Origin: a virus
Virus record (IMG/VR): IMGVR_UViG_3300022554_000002
Span: 130,474 to 194,473 of that record
Length of the DNA stretch: 64,000 bases
Direction: 5' to 3' (one strand)
This document shows positions 42,201-51,265 of this stretch, one piece after another. Each line of letters begins with the position of its first letter. Position 1 is the first letter of the stretch. Made by a program: the position numbers and the translations under genes. The notes beneath the pieces were generated by a model. That model saw only the letters and a program-made list of their open reading frames with translations. It did no database searches and had not been told where the DNA came from.

Positions 42201-43076
42201 TATAAAGATGAAACTGTCATTTGTCAAGAATTATTACTTCAATTGCGGTCCTTTCTCCAAAAGCGTTACCATCGTATTAAATGGGAAAGTAGATTCTTCA
42301 TGCCCAATATAGGGTATTACGCTTGTATAGTTGTTTCCCCCATAAGAAAAGTCTGCCACGTGAATATATGGCCGAATTGTAGTAACCTCTTTCCGCTCTG
42401 TATTGATTTTGATTACTGTACAATGGGAATATGGATACTCGGCAAGTGTTACGATATCCCCAAGGTTTAGAAACTTTGCTTTTACTCCGCTTAGTGTCTT
42501 CATGTTTTTGATCCTCTCTTTCTTAATTACATTCTACGGGCATACTTGCCATTTGTCAAGTTTAATTTATTACAATCTTTTTTCTTGACTTTGGTATTCT
42601 CGTTTGTACAATGTAAATAGAGACAGACAACTTAACGCAGTACCGAACGGGGTGAAGGTAGGGTAGCCGTGAAGGTCGGAGCGGGAAACTCTATCGTGTC
42701 ATATTGACATGATATGAAAAAATTACCATGTCGTTTTGACATGGTAATCCTTGCTACCTATTCAATAATACTACAATATTACCTGCCCAACATGCACCTT
42801 ATTAGTAATATCAATAATGCTCAACGTAGCGTACACCTTGCTATCGTCCTTTTTCAATTGATTAGTCAATCCAACAAACTCCCAAAAGGTTTCCCAAGCT
42901 TTCTCTTCGGAATCATGCACAATAACCGTGCCACTAAACATGCGGCGAATTGCTCTAGTTATTGCATCCTCATTAAGAGTAGCAAGCACAAGTCGGAAAA
43001 TTTCGCTTCGCTTTGTCGTTGTTTCCATTCCCTTAGTATTCATCTTTGATCCTCTCTTTCTATTTGAATTGTACAA
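36283..43076 (-). CDS. Array of single small genes, most behind their own promoter/RBS module
   Basis: ORFs 36283, 37063, 37362, 37718, 38699, 39009, 39402, 39719, 40243, 40575, 40833, 41167, 41838, 42234, 42771; recurring upstream TTGAC(A/T)-N17-TA(T/C)AAT-GTAATTAAGAAAG..AGG. Confidence 0.75.
36841..36907 (+). ncRNA. Conserved G-rich element, copy A (candidate ncRNA)
   Basis: Starts just after promoter TTGACT 36803 / TACAAT 36825; GACAAC...GAACGGGG...GGGTAGCCGTGAA...GCGGGAAACTCT; no ORF. Confidence 0.6.
36931..37002 (-). ncRNA. Conserved G-rich element, copy B
   Basis: Minus strand GACAAC...GAATGGGGAAACGTATCGGGAATCCATGAA...GAGCGGGGAATTCC after promoter 37043-37015. Confidence 0.6.
37023..37707 (-). 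promoter_or_regulatory. Three stem-loop promoters (37023-37057, 37308-37340, 37674-37707)
   Basis: TGAGAGATTCCC-AAAGTCAAG-GGGAATCTCTCA palindromes with the minus-strand TTGACT -35 box in the loop. Confidence 0.85.
38302..38376 (+). ncRNA. Conserved G-rich element, copy C
   Basis: After promoter TTGACA 38262 / TACAAT 38285; GAATGGGGAAACGTATCGGGTATCCATGAA...GCGGGAAACTCT. Confidence 0.6.
38414..38591. repeat. Array of seven TG(T/C)CA-N3-TGACA-like palindromes
   Basis: Sites at 38414, 38439, 38461, 38503, 38517, 38558 and 38579 in non-coding DNA; 13-bp inverted repeat at 38626-38669 follows. Confidence 0.85.
41167..41787 (-). CDS. Phage Gp88-like Cys-rich protein
   Basis: PAKCCP...CPNNCYA, LRFNEAGDF, YGYT, C-terminal CQGNCKTCNIC. 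Confidence 0.6.
   Translation of the reverse strand: MNANGLPYSIGNTKVPFVIINFTPAKCCPSKALGLCQCPNNCYALHAEEMYKQVLPYRLKQMKWWKKATLKDVLKCADELELQRNRRKTQGKDKVLRFNEAGDFVNQAQVNLFAFFASRLITYGWKIYGYTARIDLDLSQLIALGVSLNLSGDSERYKNDTNRFKPVKQPTGNNFLCQGNCKTCNICRIVSGKTIEILFHGNRKNK
42626..42692 (+). ncRNA. Conserved G-rich element, copy D
   Basis: After promoter TTGACT 42585 / TACAAT 42607; near-identical to copy A; followed by TGTCATATTGACA (42697) and TGTCGTTTTGACA (42729). Confidence 0.6.
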
Positions 43077-43136
43077 ACGAGAATGCCAAAGTCAAGGAAT
43101 TAGTTAAAGAAAATTATTACAGAAAAGAATTGACTT

Positions 43137-44723
43137 TTGAATTCTTGTCTTTATAATGTGAGTAAAGGGAGAATGAAAATGAAGATCAAGAAATTCAGCA
43201 AGCTTCAAGAGAACGGTTTTGATGCGGTTTCTAACTCCGCTGAAAACCTTTTCTTGTCTGCCGTTGCTGGTAGCGGTAAGACGACTTGGCTAGTTGAAGC
43301 TTGCAAGCGTTTGCCCTTGTCCGTCAAGGCTGTTTTTTGTGCCTTCAATAAGCATATTGCGGATGAATTGCGTGGTAAGCTTCCCAAGAATGTTCCTGCC
43401 GCTACGCTGCATAGCCTTGGCTTTGCCACTATTCGCCAGAATCTTGCTAATGCTGTTCATGTTTGTGAGGATAAGACTGACCGAATTTTGGAACAGTTCA
43501 TTAAGGTTGAATCAGAAGAATACAAGTTTAATGCTGCACCTATCAAGAAACTGGTTAGCCTTGCCAAGAATAACTACATGGTGAAACCGGAAAAGGCTGA
43601 CTGGGATAGCCTAATTGAACAGTATGGTGTGATTCTCCCTAACGGTTCTTTCGATTGGACTGCTCTTAATGAGACGTATGCTTTGGCTACTGCAAGGCAG
43701 TATAAGGCAAAGCTTTATAACAAATTCTTTAAGCGTGAAGTAGAATTGCCCGTCATTGATTTCGATGATATGCTTTTCTATCCGGCAATTGAAGGTTGGA
43801 ATATTGCTAAAAATCTCAATTGTCTCTTTGTTGACGAATCACAGGATTTGAATGCGGTTCAGATTAAGCTTTTGGAAACTGCCAATAAGAATGGTACTCG
43901 CATCATTTGCGTAGGTGACTCTGCACAGGCTATCTATGGTTTCAGGGGTGCAAGCATTGAAAGCATTGATAACCTTACTAACCTGTTTAACATGAAGACG
44001 TTGCCGTTGTCGGTTACCTATCGTTGCAGTAAGGCAGTAGTCGAATACGCTAAACGATACGTGCCTGAAATTGAAGCTAGGGAAGGTGCGCCGGAAGGTA
44101 ATGTTTCGGAAATTAGTTTGGCTAATTTAAAGGTTGAAAGCTTCCGGCATGGTGATTTGGTTGTTTGCCGCACTAATGCTCCGCTTGTCGGTTTGGCTTA
44201 TGCTTTGCTCCGTTTGAATAGTGGCATTAAATTCCGCATTCAAGGCGTGGAATTGGGGCAGGAATTGGGCAGACTTGTGGGTTATCTTACCTTCAAGAAT
44301 AACCTGCAAGACGTTGATATGGCTGGATTTATGAAGGCATTGTCCGTCTATGAACAGCATATGACCGAGAAATACATGCAACTTAAGGCTAACGGAGAAA
44401 AATATATTGCGGAATTGCAGGATAAGCTTGAAGTTATTTCCCTTGTCGCTGGTAATTCCAAAACCATTTCGGGAATCAAAATTAACCTGTGCAAGCTTTT
44501 CGCGGATAGTGACGACCGAAATTGTGTTTTGCTGTCGTCTATCCATCGTGCAAAAGGTTTGGAAGTCCTTGCGGAAGATAATACTTGTATCGTTCTTCGG
44601 ACTGACTTGCTGCCACATCCTAAAGCTACACGAGACTGGGAATTGATTCAAGAGTCTAACCTTATCTATGTGGCTTATACCCGCGCCAAGTCTAATCTGG
44701 TTTTGGTGCATAAGGAAAAATAA
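43137..44723 (+). CDS. UvrD/Rep-like superfamily 1 helicase
   Basis: AVAGSGKTT, FVDESQD, VGDSAQAIYGFRGA, LSVTYRC, SSIHRAKGLE, YVAYTRAK. Confidence 0.92.
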   Translation: MNSCLYNVSKGRMKMKIKKFSKLQENGFDAVSNSAENLFLSAVAGSGKTTWLVEACKRLPLSVKAVFCAFNKHIADELRGKLPKNVPAATLHSLGFATIRQNLANAVHVCEDKTDRILEQFIKVESEEYKFNAAPIKKLVSLAKNNYMVKPEKADWDSLIEQYGVILPNGSFDWTALNETYALATARQYKAKLYNKFFKREVELPVIDFDDMLFYPAIEGWNIAKNLNCLFVDESQDLNAVQIKLLETANKNGTRIICVGDSAQAIYGFRGASIESIDNLTNLFNMKTLPLSVTYRCSKAVVEYAKRYVPEIEAREGAPEGNVSEISLANLKVESFRHGDLVVCRTNAPLVGLAYALLRLNSGIKFRIQGVELGQELGRLVGYLTFKNNLQDVDMAGFMKALSVYEQHMTEKYMQLKANGEKYIAELQDKLEVISLVAGNSKTISGIKINLCKLFADSDDRNCVLLSSIHRAKGLEVLAEDNTCIVLRTDLLPHPKATRDWELIQESNLIYVAYTRAKSNLVLVHKEK

Positions 44724-45061
44724 AAAAATATTTTTTTCTTGACTTTTTAATTTTTTGATGTATAATTACAATATAGAAAGTGAGGATTTGAAATGGATGA
44801 AATGATCAGAGAACGAAAATTGCTTCGCCCCTGTTGGAGTTGGGAATTCAGGGGTAAAGCAGATAAGAAAATTAATCGTCGGATTGTGCGACATAGAATG
44901 AAACAAAGAGACAGAAAAAATAACTTGACAGATTGAACTAAAACAGGGGGTCGGAGTTAGAGATTTAATGTGGTAAACAATCCACAGTCTCGAAACGATG
45001 TATCCCCTTATTTTTTAAAAAAAATAAAAAATATTTTTTTCTTTCCCTTAAAATATTTTAG

Positions 45062-45134
45062 GGTCTTTTTCCCCCTCATTTCCCCACTCACGGATACCCT
45101 AACTTCACCCCGTTCGGTACTGCATTAGGTTGTC
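45062..45134 (-). ncRNA. Conserved G-rich element, copy E (divergent 3' end)
   Basis: Minus strand GACAACCTAATGCAGTACCGAACGGGGTGAAGTTAGGGTATCCGTGAGTGGGG after promoter 45176-45148. Confidence 0.55.
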
Positions 45135-45252
45135 TGTCTCTATTTACATTGTACAGGCAAAAGTATCATTTGTCAAGAAAAAATAAAAAATATTTTTTTC
45201 TTGACTTTTTAAATTTTAGCTGTACAATTTTAATATGACAAGTGAATAAGTC

Positions 45253-45422
45253 GGGGGTGTAGCCTAGAGGACAGGCGATACTTGCGTATTATGGCAAGTG
45301 AGTATAATGACTGCGCTAACAGCATTATATAAACTGCGATAATGCAAAAAACAGGTAACTAATAGCTTTAGCGAGTTATTACTATCTGCGTATAGACGCT
45401 GGTTCGATTCCAGCCACCCCCT
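45253..45422 (+). ncRNA. tRNA-like RNA with a roughly 105-nt structured insert replacing the anticodon loop
   Basis: Acceptor GGGGGTG/CACCCCC, D-arm GCCT-AGAGGAC-AGGC, T-arm GCTGG-TTCGATT-CCAGC; own promoter upstream. Confidence 0.8.
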
Positions 45423-45482
45423 GCCTTTTTAAAAATAATTCTTGACAAATACCTATCTTGAGCGTATAATATAGATAGGAGA

Positions 45483-48400
45483 ATGGAAATGATTTTTCAT
45501 AGCTTTAAAGATTTGGTAGTTTTCCTTGAAAAAAAGATGTATGTTGAATATGGTGAAGCTTTTACAATGGCTTGGGAATTAGTAGTAAGTAAGGAAATAC
45601 TTTGGGATAGTGAATCAAAAGGTTACATTTGGCCTAGTAATTTAACAGATGAAATGCTATATGATGTACTGGATATTGGATTAGAGAAAGAAATGTTGCC
45701 TTTCTAAAAGGAAATAAAAAATGTCAAATATCTTAGTTTCTACTACTGCTGAACAACATGGATATGGAAGTGACCCATACAAACATGTATCTCGTCTAAC
45801 AAAAGAAGAACAAGAACATGTGAAAAAGGGTGGAATTGTAATTTTTAAATCCGAGCGAAAGTCTGGTGGGCTTTATCATGGAACGTATTGGCGAGTAGTG
45901 CGCTATCATCGTAAATATGGCTATTTTCCAAGGGTTGCTAGTCCTGAAGATGTAAAAGCTATGGGATTTGAATATTGAGAATATTTCTTGACAAATGACA
46001 ATTAAAGCTGTATAATGTAAATAAGAAAGGTAGGGAAAAAACAATGCCTGCGACTCCAATGGTAGTTCTTCCTACTAAGGCAAGAATTGAAAGATTGCCT
46101 GAAGAAACTCTTGCTATTACATATCCAGCCAAGTTTGGCGAACATTTGAAGATTAGTTTCCTGTTTGAAAATAAGACGCACAAGTTTTTTCGCATGGATT
46201 ATTATAATACGTCAAATGAGAACAGGATTAGCCGTAGCTACTTCGTAGGTATGGATGTTAAGACAGGCATTCCGGTTAGGATGGATTATAATGCAAACGT
46301 CTAAGCGTAAACCTAAGAAGAAGTATAAGATAGGTTCCTATATTGACTATTATGGTATTGTACAGTCAATAGAGTGGGATTCTGATAATAAGGAATGGCT
46401 TTACCATACGCAAAAGTCTTTTTGGGAAGGTAAATATATGATGCAGCTAGAATTCCGAGAACGGTTTGAAAAGAATAGGGAATAATCATAAATTAATTCT
46501 TGACAAATGCTATTATTGCCTGTATACTATAAATAAGAAAGGTAGGATCAAATGGCATCTTACTGCACGATTAGTTTGAATGAAATGGAATCCTTTCTTG
46601 AAACTCGTGGTTTTCACCAAGTGAATGTTGATAAATGCCAAGAATTGGTTTGGGAAAAGGTTTCCAAACAGGATGGAAGGCTTGCATTGCGTGTTTATAG
46701 TTCACTGACTAACGGTGTTTCTCGCGGAGTCGGTGAAGATGCTATCCGTATCGTCATTTGGGATTATTCTATTAGTCGTCCGGTTACAGGTGCAATTCGT
46801 ACTAATCGTGTAGCTGGCTGGCAGGATAGAATGCTTGCCAAGCTTAAGAGTCTGGCATCTTCTTTTAAATTTGCCAAGTGTCCTCATTGTGGGAATTATA
46901 TGATGGAACGGAGTGGGAAGTATGGAACGTTTTTGGGCTGTTCCAATTTTCCCAATTGTAAACACATTGCTGCGAAAGGAATGTAAAAATGGATAAAGCT
47001 AATCTTAAAGACGGAATTGAAATTCCTTTTGTGGTTAAACAAAAATATCCACAGGAAGAACGAACATTGCTGTTTATAATTTTTCAAAGCAATGATGGTA
47101 AAGGTTGCTATTTAGAAGAAGTATTAAAAAATAAAACTGTAAAAATTGCTTCTAATAGTTCTTTTTATAAAATTGCGGGTATTCTTAAAAATATGGGTGC
47201 AGTACCCAAAAATTTTGGGGAATATGTAACTGATTATTTCAAATATAATGATGCTCCAAAGAGTACTCATAGAGATAATTGGTAAGATAATTCTTGACAA
47301 GGTTAATCTTTCTTTGTATAATATAATTAAGAAAGGAATTACAAAGATGATTAACGAAATGGATCTTGTTTCTCGGTTTCCTGATTTTCGGACTCTGATC
47401 AATTCGCTGCCAAAGACTCCGAATTTTAAACCTTACGTAGAGTCTGCCGACACGCAAAACAATCCTCATCAGACTAAGGAATGGGCGCAGGAACGTGTTA
47501 ATCACTGGTGGAATGTTGCAATTTCTAAGTTTGCTCCAAGATTCATTAATCGGCATGATGCACCAAGAGTGCGATTTGATGATAGGATGAATGCCAGAAA
47601 TGGTGGCACTGCACATAGTGGTAAGCATCTTATCACTCTGACTACTCGTTACTTGCAGGAAGATGATTTTGAAAATACCATTGTGCATGAAGTATGCCAT
47701 ATTGTGGCAACTTATCATTTCGGAGCAAATTGTGCTCATAGTGCACGATGGAAAACTGTGATGCTCGCTACTGGCTACATTCCTCATCGTTGCCATACGT
47801 ATAACCTTGCCAAGTCTGCACTTACATGCAAGTGTGGGCATGATAATATTCTGGCAAACGTGGACATTATGAAGAAACTGAAACAGGGTATTACTACTTA
47901 TCGTTGTGAAAAGTGTAAGATGGTGCTTGAACTGCCAAAATCTTATGAATTGCATGGAATTACAAAATAGTTCTTGACAAAGGATAGTAATAGCCTTATA
48001 ATAGAAATAGGAAAGGATTAAACAAATGCCAAAATGTAGAGATTGTGATAATGAGGCAGTACACGTAGATGAATGTTCTGGTTTGGCATTTTGTAAATCT
48101 TGTGAAGAGTCTGATTATCAAGAATGGTTTTGGAACGAACGTGCAAGAGAATATTGGCTGAAATGAATTAAATGTGATGATTGCAGTGGCTATCAAGAGT
48201 GGTGTACTTGTTGTGAAACATACACTAAAATTTGTTGTGTACCATATGGAACTTGTTTGTGTTCATAATGGATGATATTATTAAAAATTATCCTTGACAA
48301 ACCATACTTGAATTAGTATAATACATATAGAAAGGAATTCAAATATGGGATACACAGTTCATGCCTTTGAAAGAATTCAAAAGCGTCTGGTTGAAGCTGG

Positions 48401-49842
48401 TCTTAATCAGGCTCAAATCAAGGCACTAGAAATGCTTGCTGGATTGTGGGCAAAACGGTCAACCGTAGAATCTGAAGCGATTAGACTCTGCAAGCTGGCA
48501 AAGCAGACTAATACCCCTTGGTCAGAAGTTAGCAATGGGAATGAAGTGTGGGCAATCGTCCGTCAAAAGGATTTGGTTACAGTTATGTTTCGACGTGAAA
48601 CACAACCTAAGACTCCTGAAGCTTTGCGAGTTGAAAAGGTTACGGTTCTTTAAGGAGAATAAAATGTTTTGGTTTTCTTGTATCTTTCTGTCTGTTATGG
48701 CGCTTCTTCATGTTATAAGTTGTGTGCGGGAAATGTGCAAAAATGAAGAAGCAGCAAAAGCTGTAATAAATTTACTTTTTGCTATGTGCTTTCTTGCTAT
48801 TGTTATCTGGTTAGGAATGACAAAATAGGACTTGACAAACGCCATTTGATTCTGTATAATGTAAATAAGAGCGGGGATAGCTCAGTTGGTAGAGTAGCGG
48901 ACTTTTAATCCGTTGGTCGTGGGTTCGATCCCCACTCCCCGCACCAAAACTAAAGGATTGCTAGAATGGAAAGTAATAATAATAAGATTATCGTTTACCG
49001 AAATCAATGGGAAAAGGATGCAGACGAGTTTTGGCATTCTGAAACTGGTCTGTATACTATTGGTGTTTTGGTTCTTGTTATATTAATTCCTATTCTTGGT
49101 TCTAAGATTTGGTCATACGTTAAAGGAAAGTAAAAGTGAAAAATAAGAAGAAAAAACTTAAGTATGTTCTAAAGGCAGAAAGAGCCACTAATTTATTGTA
49201 TGAACTATGTGAGAGATTAATTCAAAATGGTGTTTGGGATAAGTTTGTAACGATTGATTTGAATAAGTGGTTTGTAGAAACTAACATGAAGAAAATTAGT
49301 ATTTTAAAGCAGTAAAAAGATAAACTAGAAAAATCTCAACAAGAAGGAAAGTAAACATGTCTGCTATGAATTTGCGTCCAGAAACAGATAAAGCTGTTAT
49401 GCACATTATGGATGTTTTTACTGGTGCAGATGGTGGTGCAGAATTTTGGAAGTTTCGAGTATTTATGGAAGAGTTTGACAAACGGGCATCTAATGGAGAT
49501 ACCGCAGCACAAGAGTTGATTAATGTTGTAATAACATTTAATCATCTTCTTAATGTAAGTCAAAAAATATTTGATAAAAAGAATTGACAAATGCCATTCT
49601 TGTCTGTATAATTTAGATAAGAAAGGTAGGGAAAAACAATGTACGTTAGTCCGAATTTCAAGACTAAGAAGGCGTTGAAGGAAGCTGTAAACGCTGGTCA
49701 GACGGTTCAAGTTTTCTCCCCCGGTCCATTTCCTGCCCCAACGCAGGGTAAGACTTGCGTAGAAGGTCCACACTATCCAGAACCGCATAAGTGGTATGCG
49801 GAAGTGGAAATTAAGAATGGAATTGTCATAAAGGTTAAGTAG
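45483..49842 (+). CDS. Run of small early genes, many individually promoted
   Basis: ORFs 45483, 45721, 46044, 46255, 46989, 48345, about 48663-48828, 49357, 49639 plus shorter ones. Confidence 0.65.
46552..46986 (+). CDS. Protein with C-terminal topoisomerase-type C4 zinc finger
   Basis: CPHCGNYMMERSGKYGTFLGCSNFPNCKH. Confidence 0.8.
   Translation: MASYCTISLNEMESFLETRGFHQVNVDKCQELVWEKVSKQDGRLALRVYSSLTNGVSRGVGEDAIRIVIWDYSISRPVTGAIRTNRVAGWQDRMLAKLKSLASSFKFAKCPHCGNYMMERSGKYGTFLGCSNFPNCKHIAAKGM
47347..47970 (+). CDS. SprT-like zinc metalloprotease
   Basis: TIVHEVCH...HSARWK...IPHRCH and C-terminal CxC...CxxC. Start moved to ATG 47347, downstream of the promoter. Confidence 0.85.
   Translation: MINEMDLVSRFPDFRTLINSLPKTPNFKPYVESADTQNNPHQTKEWAQERVNHWWNVAISKFAPRFINRHDAPRVRFDDRMNARNGGTAHSGKHLITLTTRYLQEDDFENTIVHEVCHIVATYHFGANCAHSARWKTVMLATGYIPHRCHTYNLAKSALTCKCGHDNILANVDIMKKLKQGITTYRCEKCKMVLELPKSYELHGITK
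48832..48860 (+). promoter_or_regulatory. Example of the recurring sigma70-type early promoter (about 50 similar copies by manual count)
   Basis: TTGACA-17 nt-TATAAT. Similar plus-strand copies include 38262, 42585 and 51043; minus-strand copies include 36279, 37043 and 45176. Confidence 0.9.
48871..48946 (+). tRNA. trnK: tRNA-Lys(UUU)
   Basis: Canonical 76-nt cloverleaf; anticodon loop CTTTTAA; encoded CCA. Confidence 0.97.
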
Positions 49843-49880
49843 AAGTTGATTTTGTAGTTGCTCATTGAAAATTCAAATAT

Positions 49881-50173
49881 GCCGGAATGGCGGAACAGGA
49901 AGACGCTACGGACTTTTTAATGGGTCGCTTATAGGGAAACCTATAAGTAAGTAACCTGTCAAATTCGGTAAACGCTGAAATGCCAATACCGAGCTAACTG
50001 CACTAAGTGCAGGAATGTGTAGAGACTAAACGGCAGGAATCTAAACCTAGAGATAGGCATGATTAAGATATAGTCCAGACCACAAACCTAACAGGGTAGC
50101 GAAAGCTATAGTGGTAGGTAAAATCCGTTCTCCCCAAAAGGAGGTGTGGGTTCAAATCCCACTTCCGGCACCA
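49881..50173 (+). tRNA. trnL: tRNA-Leu(UAA) interrupted by a group I intron
   Basis: Exons 49881-49914 and 50119-50173 join to ACGGA-CTTAAAA-TCCGT; acceptor GCCGGAA/TTCCGGC; long variable arm; encoded CCA. Confidence 0.92.
49915..50118 (+). ncRNA. Group I self-splicing intron (IC3-like), 204 nt, no internal ORF
   Basis: P1 GACT/GGTC with U.G at the splice site; P AAATTCGGTAAAC, Q AATACCGAGC, R GTGTAGAGACTAAA, S AAGATATAGTCC; P3 CCTGTC/GGCAGG; GAAA tetraloops; terminal G. Confidence 0.92.
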
Positions 50174-50175
50174 TT

Positions 50176-50550
50176 TTACCAATAATTTTTGGTTAAAAGA
50201 TTACCATGATATTTTCTATGACAATTATTACATAAACAAACACATTTTTCAATTTCTTTTAAAATTTCTTCTTTAGTATGATTTTTGTATTTTGATAATG
50301 AAAATTTTTTCCTTTCAGGATTTTTATGATGAAAGTCTAAACAGGGTAATCTAGACTCACCACAAACTAAACATTTTTGTTTTTGGCTATTTATTGCAGG
50401 TAATTTTTCTTGTTTTTGTTTCTTATAGGATTGTTTATTTCTTTGTTTAGAGTACTCTCTACATGTGCCACAAAGACCATCTTTTTTAGCTATTGATTTA
50501 TTAAATTGATCCAAACTTAAAAATTGTTTACAAACATTACATTGTTTCAT
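50176..50550 (-). CDS. HNH endonuclease
   Basis: CLVCG...LDFHH...CVCLCNNCHRKYH; N-terminal CxxC recombination-endonuclease-like finger. Confidence 0.85.
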   Translation of the reverse strand: MKQCNVCKQFLSLDQFNKSIAKKDGLCGTCREYSKQRNKQSYKKQKQEKLPAINSQKQKCLVCGESRLPCLDFHHKNPERKKFSLSKYKNHTKEEILKEIEKCVCLCNNCHRKYHGNLLTKNYW

Positions 50551-50965
50551 TTAGTTTTATCCATCCTGCCCCAACAAGCCTATGACAGTTACCACATAAA
50601 CAAATACATTTCTCAATTTCTTTTAATAAAATATCTTTTTTACAAGAAGTTCTACTAAAACAAAAATCAAATAATTTTTTAGATGGGTCTTTATGATGAA
50701 AGTCAATACAAATTTTTTCAGACTCTCCGCAAACTACACAAGGTGTTTTCTGATTATTTACAAACTGTTTAAGTTTTTGTCTATATTCTAATTTATATTG
50801 TTTTTGTTTTTCAGAAATTTGTCTTTTTTTCCATTTATGTTTATTCTTTTTATAATAGTTGCGCATATAAATACGCATATAATTGTTATAACAATATTTA
50901 CAGATTGTCGGTTTTTTAAATTCAAAGTCTTCAAAATTTTTTTTACATTTGCTACAAAGTTTCAT
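50537..50965 (-). CDS. HNH endonuclease (paralog)
   Basis: CVVCG...IDFHH...CICLCGNCHR. Confidence 0.85.
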   Translation of the reverse strand: MKLCSKCKKNFEDFEFKKPTICKYCYNNYMRIYMRNYYKKNKHKWKKRQISEKQKQYKLEYRQKLKQFVNNQKTPCVVCGESEKICIDFHHKDPSKKLFDFCFSRTSCKKDILLKEIEKCICLCGNCHRLVGAGWIKLNETM

Positions 50966-51076
50966 TTTGTCTCTCCTAAAAGAATATAATCCTAAAAAGA
51001 CTCGAAACAGGAGAAGATTCTTAACCTCTCAAATAATTTTTCTTGACAAGTGAGACTTAGTTTGTATAATAGAAAT

Positions 51077-51231
51077 GGGCAGTCTGATGACGTGAGGAAT
51101 TACGACCACTAGTAGCAAAGTAGCCTAGTACAAAGTTGGCTGAATTTCCTTGGTCGGAACGTTCAGAACTTAACTAGGTGAAAGGCCATACTAGGTAGTT
51201 CTCCATTGAGGGTCTGATTCCCTCATGCCCT
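51077..51231 (+). ncRNA. Degenerate tRNA-like RNA with multi-hairpin insert
   Basis: Begins at the predicted +1 of promoter 51043/51065; GGGCA...TGCCC closing stem; T-arm-like GAGGG-TCTGATT-CCCTC; internal stems ACTAG/CTAGT and AGAACT/AGTTCT. Confidence 0.6.
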
Positions 51232-51265
51232 TAAAAAGGATCGTGTAAATAAAAGGAATAATAAA

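Noticed and set aside
45253-45422. Canonical tmRNA (ssrA)
   Set aside because: Half the usual length, G3-C70 instead of G3.U70, D-stem present, no pseudoknots 2-4. Kept only as tmRNA-like.
51084-51183. Hammerhead ribozyme (CTGATGA ... GAAA)
   Set aside because: The bases after CTGATGA do not pair with those before GAAA to form stem II, and no stem I/III with a cleavage triplet was found.
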